A stretch of DNA of 64,000 nucleotides. Source: Eledone cirrhosa (Eukaryota). The position numbers and the translations under genes were made by a program. Positions 15,001-25,011 of the stretch are shown here, in pieces. The DNA lies in the NCBI GenBank assembly GCA_964016885.1, contig OZ024740.1, forward strand, positions 8,618,001 through 8,682,000. The letters are read 5' to 3'. Each line of letters opens with the position of its first letter. Position 1 is the stretch's first letter. The notes beneath the pieces were generated by a model. It saw only the letters and a program-made list of their open reading frames with translations. It ran no database searches and was not told where the DNA came from.

Positions 15001-18000
15001 GTATATCAGTTACTATTGGTATGTCAGTTTCTATTGTTTTGTCAGTTTCGATTAGTGTATCAGTTTCTATTGGTATGTCAGTTTCGATTGTTATGTCAGT
15101 TTCTATTGGTATATCAGTTTCTATTGGTATGTCAGTTTCGATTGGTAGGTCAGTTTCTATTTGTATGTCAGTTTCTATTCGTATGTCAGTTTCGATTGGT
15201 AGGTCAGTTTCTATTGGTATGTCAGTTTGTGTTGGTATGTCTGTTTCTATTGGTATATCAGTTTCGATTGGTATGTCAGTTTCTATTGTTATGTCAGTTT
15301 CGATTGGTATATCAGTTTAGATTAATATGTTAGTTTCTATTGGTATATCAGTTTCGAATGCAAAGTCAATCTCGATTGGTATGTCAATTTCGATTGGTAT
15401 ATCAGTTTCGATTGGTATATCAGTAACTATTGGTATGTCAGTTTCGATTGGTATGTCAGTTTCGATTATTATATCAGTTACTATTGGTATGTCAGTTTCG
15501 ATTGGTATGTCAGTGTCTATTGGTGTGTCAGATTCTATAAGTATGTCAGTTTCTATTGGTATATCAGTTTCGATTGGTATATCAGTTTCGATTGGTATGT
15601 CAGTTTTGATTGGTATGTCAGTTTCTATTGGTATATCAGTTTCTATTGGTATGTCAGTTTCGATTAGTTTATCAGTTTCAATTGGTATGTGAGTTTCGAT
15701 TGGTATGTCAGTATCTATTGGTATATCAGTTTCTATTGGTATGTCAATTTCGATTGCTATGTCAGTTTTGATTGGTATATCAGTTTTGAATGGTATGTCA
15801 ATCTCGATTGGTAGGTCAATTTCGATTGGTATATCAGTTTCGATTAGTATGTCAGTTTCTATTGGTATGTCAGTTTCAATTAGTTTATCAGTTTCTATTG
15901 GTATGTCAGTTTCGATTGGTATGTCAGATTCTATTGGTATATCAGTTTCTATTGGTATGTCTGTTTCTATTGGTATATCACTTTCTATTGGTATATCACT
16001 TTCTATTGGTATGTCTGTTTCTATTGGTATATCAGTTTCGATTGGTATATCAGTTTAGATTGGTATGTCAGTTTCGATTGGTATGTCAGTTTCGATTGGT
16101 ATATCAGTTTCAATTTGTATGTCAGTTTCTATTGTTATGTCAGTTTCGATTAGTAGGTCAGTTTCTATTGGTATGTCAGTTTCGATTGGTATGTAAGTTT
16201 CTATTGGTATATCAGTTTCGATTGGTATGTCAGTTTCGATTGGTATATCAGTTTCGAATGGAATGTCAATCTCGATTGGTATGTCAATTTCGATTGGTAT
16301 GTCAGTTTCGATTGGTATGTCAGTTTCGATTATTATATCAGTTACTATTGGTATGTCAGTTTCGATTGGTATGTCAATTTCTATTGGTATGTCAGTTTCG
16401 ATTGGTATGTCAGTTTATATTGGTATGTCAGTTTCGATTGGTATGTCAATCTCGATTGGTATGTAAGTTTCGATTGGTATATCAGTTTCGATTGGTATAT
16501 CAGTTTCGATTGGTATATCAGTTTAGATTGGTATGTCAGTTTCGATTGGTATGTCAGTTACTATTGGTATGTCACTTTCGATTGGTATTTCAGTTTCGAT
16601 TGGTATGTCAGTTTCTTTTGGTATGTCAGTTTCAATTAGTACATCAGTTTTGATTGGTATGTCAGTTTCTATTGGTATGTCAGTTTCGATTAGTATGTCA
16701 GTTTCTATTGGTATATCAGTCTCTATAAGTATGTCAGTTTCTATTGGTATGTCATTCTCCATTGGTATATCAGTTTCGATTGATATATCCGTTTCGATTA
16801 GTATGTCAGTTTCTATTGGTATATCAGTTTCGATTGGTATATCAGTTACTATTGGTATGTCAGTTTCTATTGGTTTTTCAGTTTCGATTAGTATATCAGT
16901 TTCTATTGGTATGTCAGTTTCGATTGTTATGTCAGTTTCTATTGGTATATCAGTTTCTATTGTTATGTCAGTTTCGATTGGTAGGTCAGTTTCTATTGGT
17001 ATGTCAGTTTCTATTGGTATGTCAGTTTCGATTGGTAGGTCAGTTTCTAATGGTATGTAAGTTTCTATTTGTATGTCAGTTTCTATTGGTATATCAGTTT
17101 CGATTGGTATGTCAGTTTCTATTTTTATGTCAGTTTCGATTGGTATGTCAGTTTAGATTAATATGTCAGTTGCTATTGGTATATCAGTTTCGAATGCAAT
17201 GTCAATCTCGATTGGTATGTCAGTTTCGATTGGTATATCAGTTTCGATTGGTATATCAGTTACTATTGGTATGTCAGTTTCGATTGGTATGTCAGTTTCG
17301 ATTATTATATCAGTTACTATTGGTATGTCAGTTTCGATTGGTATGTCAGTGTCTATTGGTATGTCAGTTTCTATAAGTATGTCAGTTTCTATTGGTATAT
17401 CAGTTTCGATTGTTATATCAGTGTCGATTAGTATGTCAGTTTCTATTGGTATGTCAGTTTCGATTGGTATGTCAGTGTCTATTGGTATGTCAGTTTCTAT
17501 TGGTATGTCTGTTTCTATAGGTATATCAGTTTCGATTGGTATATCAGTTTCGATTGGTATGTCAGTTTCGAGTGGTATGTCAGTTTCGATTGGTATATCA
17601 GTTTCGAATGGTATGTCAGTTTCGATTGGTATGTCAGTTTCGATTGGTATATCAGTTTTGAATGGTATGTCAATCTCGATTGGTATGTCAATTTCGATTG
17701 GTATATCAGTTTCGATTAGTATGTCAATTTCTATTGGTATATTAGTTTTGATTGGTATATCAGTTTCAATTTGTATGTCAGTTTCTAATGGTTTATCAGT
17801 TTCTATTGGTATGTCAGTTTGTATTTAGTATAACACTTTCTATTGGTATGTCAGTTTCTATTGGTATGTCAGTTTCGATTAGTATATCAGTTTCTATTGG
17901 TATGTCAGTTTCGATTGGTATGTGAGTTTCTGTTGGTATGTCAGTTTCGATCGGTATGTCAGTTTCTATTGGTATATCAGTTTCTATAATTATGTCAGTT

Positions 18001-21000
18001 TCTATTGGTATGTCATTCTCTATTGGTATATCAGTTTCGATTGATATATCCGTTTCGATTAGTATGTCAGTTTTTATTGGTATATCAGTTTCGATTGGTA
18101 TATCAGTTACTATTGGTATGTCAGTTTCTATTGGTTTGTCAGTTTCGATTAGTATATCAGTTTCTATTGGTATGTCAGTTTCGATTGTTATGTCAGTTTC
18201 TATTGGTATATCAGTTTCTATTGGTATGTCAGTTTCGATTGGTATATCAGTTCCGATTGGTATGTCAGTTTCTATTGTTATGTCAGTTTCGATTGGTATA
18301 TCAGTTTAGATTAATATGTCAGTTTCTATTGGTATATCAGTTTCGAATGCAATGTCAATCTCGATTGGTATGTCAATTTCGATTGGTATGTCAGTTTCGA
18401 TTGGTATGTCAGTTTATATTGGTATGTCAGTTTCGATTAGTATATCAGTTTCTATTGTTATGTCAGTTTCGATTGGTATGTCAATCGCGATTGGTATGTC
18501 AGTTTCGATTGGTATATCAGTTTCGATTGGTATATCAGTTTCGATTGGTATATCAGTTTCGATTGGTATGTCAGTTTCGATTGGTATGTGAGTTACTATT
18601 GGTATGTCAGTTTCAATTAGTACATCAGTTTTGATTGGTATGTCAGTTTCTATTGGTATGTCAGTTTCGATTAGTATGTCAGTTTCTATTGGCATATCAG
18701 TTTCTATAAGTATGTCAGTTTCTATTGGTATATCAGTTTCGATTGATATATCCGTTTCGATTAGTATGTCAGTTTCTATTGGTATATCAGTTTCGATTGG
18801 TATATCAGTTACTATTGGTATGTCAGTTTCTATTGGTTTGTCAGTTTCTATTAGTATATCAGTTTCTACTGGTATGTCAGTTTCGATTGGTATGTCAGTT
18901 ACTATTGGTATGTCAGTTTCAATTAGTACATCAGTTTCGATTGGTAGGTCAGTTTCTATTAGTATGTCAGTTTCTATTGGTATGTCAGTTTCTATTGGTA
19001 TATCAGTTTCAATTGGTATGTCAGTTTCTATTGTTATGTCCGTTTCGATTGGTATATCTGTTCAGATTAATATGTCAGTCTCTATTGGTATATCAGTTTC
19101 GAATGCAATGTCAATCTCGATTGGTATGTCAATTTCGAATGGTATATCAGTTTCGATTGGTATATCAGTTACTATTGGTATGTCAGTTTCTATGGGTATG
19201 TCAGTTTCGATTAGTTTATCAGTTTCTATTGGTACGTCAGTTTCGATTGGTACGTCAGTGTCTATTGGTATGTCAGTTTCTATTGGTATGTCTGTTTCTA
19301 TTGGTATATCAGTTTCGATTGGTATATCAGTTTCGATTGGTATGTCAGTTTCGATTGGTATGTTAGTTTCGATTGGTATATCAGTTTCGAATGGTATATC
19401 AGTTTCGATTGGTATGTCAGTTTCGATTGGTATATCAGTTTTGAATGGTATGTCAATCTCGATTGGTATGTCAATTTCGATTGGTATATCAGTTTCGATT
19501 AGTATGTCAATTTCTATTGGTATATTAGTTTTGATTGGTATATCAGTTTCAATTTGTATGTCCATTTCTAATGGTTTATCAGTTTCTATTGGTATGTCAG
19601 TTTGTATTTAGTATAACAGTTTCAATTGGTATGTCAGTTTCTATTGGTATGTCAGTTTCGATTGGTATGTCAGTTTCTGTTGGTATGTCAGTTTCGATCG
19701 GTATGTCAGTTTCTATTGGTATATCAGTTTCTATAAGTATGTCAGTTTCTATTGGTATATCAGTTTCGATTGATATATCCGTTTCGATTAGTATGTCAGT
19801 TTCTATTGGTATATCAGTTTCGATTGGTATATCAGTTACTATTGGTATGTCAGTTTCTATTGGTTCTTCAGTTTCGATTAGTATATCAGTTTTTATTGGT
19901 ATGTCAGTTTCGATTGTTATGTCAGTTTCTATTGGTATATCAGTTTCTATTGGTATGTCAGTTTCGATTGTTAGGTCAGTTTCTATTGGTATGTCAGTTT
20001 CTATTGGTATGTCAGTTTCGATTGGTAGGTCAGTTTCTATTGGTATGACAGTTTCTATTGGTATGTCAGTTTCTATTGGTATATCAGTTTCGATTGGTAT
20101 GTCAGTTTCTATTGTTATGTCAGTTTCGATTGGTATATCAGTTTAGATTAATATGTCAGTTTCTATTGGTATATCAGTTTCGAATGCAATGTCAATCTCG
20201 ATTGGTATGTCAATTTCGATTGGTATATCAGTTTCGATTGGTATATCAGTTACTATTGGTATGTCAGTTTCGATTGGTATGTCAGTTTCGATTATTATAT
20301 CAATTACTATTGGTATATCAGTTTCGATTGGTATGTCAGTGTCTATTGGTATGTCAGTTTCCCTAAGTATGTCAGTTTCTATTGGTATATCAGTTTCGAT
20401 TGGTATATCAGTTTCGATTGGTATGTCAGTTTCTATTGGTATATCAGTTCCGATTGATATATCAGTTTCGATTAGTATGTCACTTTCTATTGGTATGTCA
20501 GTTTCGATTAGTTTATCAGTTTCTATTGGTATGTCAGTTTCGATTGGTATGTCAGTGTCTATTGGTATGTCAGTTTCTAATGGTATGTCTGTTTCTATTG
20601 GTATATTAGTTTTGATTGGTATATCAGTTTCAATTTGTATGTCAGTTTCTAATGGTTTATCAGTTTCTATTGGTATATCAGTTTGTATTTAGTATAACAG
20701 TTTCAATTGATATATCAGTTTCGATTAGTATGTCAGTTTCGATTAGTATATCAGTTTCTATTGGTATGTCAGTTTCGATTGGTATGTCAGTTTCGATTAG
20801 TATGTCAGTTTCTATTGGTATATCAGTCTCGAATGGAATGTCAATCTCGATTGGTATGTCAATTTCGATTGGTATATCAGTTTCGATTGGTATATCAGTT
20901 ACAATTGGTATGTCAGTTTCGATTGGTATGTCAGTTTCGATTATTATATCAGTTACTATTGGTATGTTAGTTTCGATTGGTATGTCAGTTTCGATTGGTA

Positions 21001-21236
21001 TGTCAGTTTCTATTGGTATATCAGTTTCGATTGGTATATCAGTTTCGATTGGAATATCAGTTTCTATAATTATGTCAGTTTCTATTGGTATATCAGTTTC
21101 GATTGGTATATCAGTTTCGATTGGTATGTCCGTTTCGATTGGTATATCAGTTTCTAGTAGTATATCAATTTCGATTGATATATCAGTTTCGATTAGTATG
21201 TCAGTTTCTATTGGTATGTCAGTTTCGATTAGTTTA
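1..21236. repeat. 18-bp tandem satellite array, left part (consensus ATTGGTAT[G/A]TCAGTTTC[G/T])
   Basis: Continuous head-to-tail 18-mers from base 1 (attggtatatcagtttct attggtatgtcagtttcc ...). The 6-aa periodic ORFs in all frames reflect the 18-nt period. The array runs off the left edge of the window. Confidence 0.98.
469..11726. repeat. Higher-order repeat, 2880 bp (160 monomers), ~3.9 near-identical copies; first period is 2934 bp
   Basis: Near-identical ORF translations recur at 1105/4039/6919/9799, 1437/4371/7251/10131 and 3010/5890/8770 (offsets 2934, 2880, 2880). Rare variants (cagtttttcg, gaatgcaacgtc, attggtgtca) recur at the same offsets. Confidence 0.93.
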
Positions 21237-21494
21237 GAAATATGAGGGATCAGATGTTGTTTACTCGAGAGAAGGCTACGTTGGTATGGTCACGTGATGC
21301 ACATGAAAGACGACAGCTGTATAACAAAGTGCAGGGCAATAAAGATAGACGGTAGCCACGGAGTAGGCAAACCCAGAAAAACCTGGGACGAGCTGATAAA
21401 TTCCGACCTCACACACTTACACCTCTCCAAGACAATGTCACTGGACCGAGACCTTTGGCGGTACTCAGTAATAGAGAAGACACGCGTTACCTAA
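21234..21494 (+). pseudogene. Fragment of the RTE ORF C-terminus (RLRWYGHV motif; GKPRKTW motif) with an in-frame TGA near its 5' end
   Basis: ORF track 21294..21494 extended upstream by hand to the junction. It aligns codon for codon with LSIRGIKCCVQERRLRWYGHVMRMKDDSCIKRC of the full-length copy. Confidence 0.85.
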
Positions 21495-21889
21495 ATACAA
21501 AGTAAAACCTACTACAGTCAGTAGGCATCTCTAACAAAATACACCCCCGTCCCACCACCCTCACCCCATCCACACCGCCCCTTTCAATGTAAAGTTATGT
21601 TGGTGCCACAAAATCCAGGCCAAAACAAATGAGATCGTGTAGGTGTCACGGCAAAAAAAAAAACACACAGTCCACACTGTAATGTGACCGTGTAGGCAAC
21701 ACGGTAAAAACCTCCCAGCCTCACACTGTAAATGTGGTTGGTGTTAGGAAGGGCATCCAACTGTAGAAAACCCACCAGACAGTCCTATGCGAGCAATACA
21801 ACCACTCTTGCCTCAAGTGGGAAAACTCCCGTCCAAACCCATGCAAGCATGGAACACGGACGTTAAACGATGATGATAATGATGATGAT
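21237..21889 (+). mobile_element. 5'-truncated RTE-clade LINE, copy 1 (subfamily A): RT C-terminus, 3' UTR and (GAT)n tail
   Basis: Translates as LEI*GIRCCLLERRLRWYGHVMHMKDDSCITKCRAIKIDGSHGVGKPRKTWDELINSDL..., homologous to the C-terminus of the full-length element at 27870-28135. Stop at 21492-21494. The 3' UTR contains GGTGTTAGGAAGGGCATCCA. Tail gatgatgataatgatgatgat at 21869-21889. Confidence 0.93.
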
Positions 21890-22682
21890 TATCAGTTTCT
21901 ACTGGTATGTCAGTTTCGATTGGTATGTCAGTTTCTATTGGTATATCAGTTCCTATTGGTATGTCTGTTTCTACTGGTATATCAGTTTCTATTGTTATAT
22001 CAGTTTCTAATGCTATGTCTGTTTCTATTGGTATATCAGTTTCGATTGGTATATCAGTTTCGATTCGTATGTCAGTTTCGATTGGTATGTCAGTTTCGAT
22101 TGGTATATCAGTTTAGATTAGTATGTCAGTTTCGATTGTTATGTCAGTTTCGATTGGTATATCAGTTTCGAATGGAATGTTAATCTCGATTGGTATGTCA
22201 ATATCGATTGGTATATCAGTTTCGATTGGTATATCAGTTACTATTGGTATGTCAGTTTAGATTATTATATTAATTACTATTGGTATGTCAGATTCGATTG
22301 TTATGTCAGTTTCGATTGGTATGTCAGTTTCTATTGGTATATCAGTTTCGATTGGTGTGTAAGTTTCGATTAGTACATCAGTTTCTATAAGTATGTCAGT
22401 TTCTATTGGTATATCAGTTTCTATTGGTATGTCTGTTTCTATTGGTATATCAGTTTCGATTGGTATATCAGTTCCGATTGGTATGTCAATTTCGATTGGT
22501 ATGTCAGTTTTGATTGGCATATCAGTTTTGAATGGTTTATCAATTTCGATTGGTATATCAGTTTCGATTAGTATGTCAGTTTCTATTGGTATATCAGTTT
22601 CGATTGGTATATCCGTTTCAATTGGTATGTCAGTTTCTATTGGTATATCAGTTTCGATTGGTATATCAGTTTCGATTGGTAT
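21890..22682. repeat. 18-bp satellite segment between LINE copies 1 and 2
   Basis: About 44 monomers with the same consensus and orientation as the rest of the array. Confidence 0.97.
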
Positions 22683-23295
22683 AGCTGATAAATTCCGACC
22701 TCACACGCTTACACCTCTCCAAGACAATGTCACTGGACCGAGACCTTTGGCGGTACTCAGTAATAGAGAAGACCCGCCTTACCTAAATACAAAGTAAAAA
22801 CCTACTACAGTCAGTAGGCATCTCTATCAAAACACACCCCCGTCCCACCACCTCAACCCCACCCACACCGCCCCTTTCAATGTAAAGTTATGTTGGTCCC
22901 ACAACATCCAGGCCGAAACAAATGAGATCGTGTAGGTGTCACGACAAAAAACACACAGTCCACGCTGTAAATGTGGCCGTGTAGGCAACACGGTAAAAAC
23001 CTCCCAGCCCCACACTGTAAATGTGGTTGGTGTTAGGAAGGGCATCCAGCTGTAGAAAACCCGCCAGACAGTCCACGCTGTAATGTGGCCGTGTAGGCAA
23101 CACGGTAAAAACCTCCCAGCCCCACACTGTAAATGTGGTTGGTGTTAGGAAGGGCATCCAACTGTAGAAAACCCGCCAGACAGTCCTATGCGAGCAAGAC
23201 AACCACTCTTGCCTCAAGTGGGAAAACCCCCGTCCAAACCCATGCAAGCGTGGAACACGGACGCTAAACCTGATGATGATGATGATGATGATGAT
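22683..23295 (+). mobile_element. 5'-truncated RTE-clade LINE, copy 2 (subfamily A), with a ~113-bp internal tandem duplication and (GAT)n tail
   Basis: Starts at agctgataaattccgacc (= 21391 in copy 1) and is roughly 95% identical to copy 1 by eye. ORF stop at 22784-22786. Tail tgatgatgat... at 23271-23295. The 5' truncation point and flanks differ from copy 1. Confidence 0.93.
22955..23186 (+). repeat. Tandem duplication (113/112 bp) in the 3' UTR of LINE copy 2, bounded by ACAGTCC
   Basis: ACAGTCC occurs at 22955, 23068 and 23180. The two units differ by one A (taaatg/taatg) and by ccagctg/ccaactg. Copy 1 has only one unit. Confidence 0.9.
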
Positions 23296-24590
23296 GTCAG
23301 TTTAGATTAGTATGTCTGTTTCTATTGGTATATCAGTTTCGATTGGTATATCAGTTTCAATTGGTATGTCAGTTTCTATTGGTATAACAGTTTCGATTGG
23401 TATATCAGTTTCAATTGGTATGTCAGTTTCTATTGGTATAACAGTTTCGATTGGTATATCAGTTTCGATTGGTATATAAGTTTCGAATGGAATGTCAATC
23501 TCGATTGGTATATCAGTTTCGATTGGTATATCAGTTACTATTGGTACGTCAGTTTCGATTGGTATGTCAGTTTCGCTTATATCAGTTACTATTGGTATGT
23601 CAGTTTCGATTGGTATGTCAGTTTCGATTGGTATGTCAGTTTCTATTGGTATATCAGTTTCGATTGGTATGTCAGTTTCGATTAGTATATCAGATTCTAT
23701 AAGTCTGTCAGTTTCTATTGGTATATCAGTTTCGATTGGTATGTCAGTTTCGATTGTTATATCAGTGTCGATTAGTATGTCAGTTTCTATTGGTATATCA
23801 GTTTCGATTGGTATGTCAGTTTCTATTAGTATGTCAGTTTCTATTGGTATATCAGTTTCTATAAGTATGTCAGTTTCTATTGGTATGTCAGTTTCGATTG
23901 ATATATCAGTTTCGATTGGTATGTCAGTTACTATTGGTATGTCAGCTTCGATTGGGATTTCAGTTTCGATTGGTATGTCAGTTTCTATTGGTATATCAGT
24001 TTCGGTTGGTATGTCAGTTTCAATTAGTACATCAGTTTTGATTGGTATGTCAGTTTCTATTGGTATGTCAGTTTCGATTAGTATGTCAATTTCTATTGGT
24101 ATATCAGTTTCTATAAGTATATCAGTTTCGATTGATGTATCCGTTTCGATTAGTATGTCAGTTTCTATTGGTATATCAGTTTCGATTGGTATATCAGTTA
24201 CTATTGGTATGTCAGTTTCTATTGTTTTGTCAGTTTCGATTAGTGTATCAGTTTCTATTGGTATGTCAGTTTCGATTGTTATGTCAGTTTCTATTGGTAT
24301 ATCAGTTTCTATTGGTATGTCAGTTTCGATTGGTAGGTCAGTTTCTATTTGTATGTCAGTTTCGATTAGTTTCTTAGTTTCTATTGGTATGTCAGTTTCG
24401 ATTGGTATGTCAGTTTCGATTAGTATGTCAGTTTCTATTGGTATGTCAGTTTAGATTGGTATGTCAGTTTCGATTGCTATGTCAGTTTCAATTGTCATAT
24501 CAGTTTTGAATGGTATGTCAATCTCGATTGGTATGTCAATTTCGATTGGTATATCAGTTTCGATTAGTATGTCAGTTTCTATTGGTATAT
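23296..24590. repeat. 18-bp satellite segment between LINE copies 2 and 3; contains the left/right domain switch
   Basis: About 23500-24350 shares rare variants with about 14300-15170 (attgggatttcag, gcttcg, attgatgtatccg). From about 24361 it carries right-domain variants (attagtttcttag, attgtcatatc). Confidence 0.92.
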
Positions 24591-24615
24591 TTTTCATGTC
24601 GTTAATATTATGATG

Positions 24616-24667
24616 TTCCCTGCTGTATTAGCGTTAAATTTTCCCTGCTGTATTAGCGATAAATTTT
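24616..24667 (+). repeat. 25-bp direct tandem repeat (2 copies) in the LINE 5' region
   Basis: ttccctgctgtattagcgttaaatt at 24616 and ttccctgctgtattagcgataaatt at 24641. Confidence 0.85.
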
Positions 24668-25011
24668 CGAGGGTTTCTCTTAGTAGCTTTTTTCATGACG
24701 TTATTATTGTTAATTTTACTGATGTAGTATTAACTTGGATATTTACCATGCGACCCTCAGTTCCTACCTCACAATTTCCCTCCCCCCCACCCCCACACAC
24801 CACCATAGTCTATTCGACCAATCAAACCTAGCATGCCATTTCCACTGCTGCTGCTGCTACTACCTGCCTAACTAACTCTCTCCTCCTCTGGCGCATCCCA
24901 ACACACCCTGCCATTACCCCACCACCACTGTCCTTCTAGCCCTCAATTTTCCCACCGTTAGGGATGGATGAGCTGGGAATACACGAGCAACTCTGAATCA
25001 ATAGATGAAAT

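Noticed and set aside
21237-23295. LINE copies 1 and 2 as products of one segmental duplication or as LTRs of one element
   Set aside because: They have different 5' truncation points, different flanking monomers and several percent divergence, end in (GAT)n tails rather than TG...CA termini, and are separated only by satellite.
24610-24831. 73-aa upstream ORF as an ORF1/gag-like protein
   Set aside because: It is short, low-complexity, spans the 25-bp repeat and has no RRM or zinc-knuckle motif. It is in frame with the main ORF but separated by several stops. At most a uORF.
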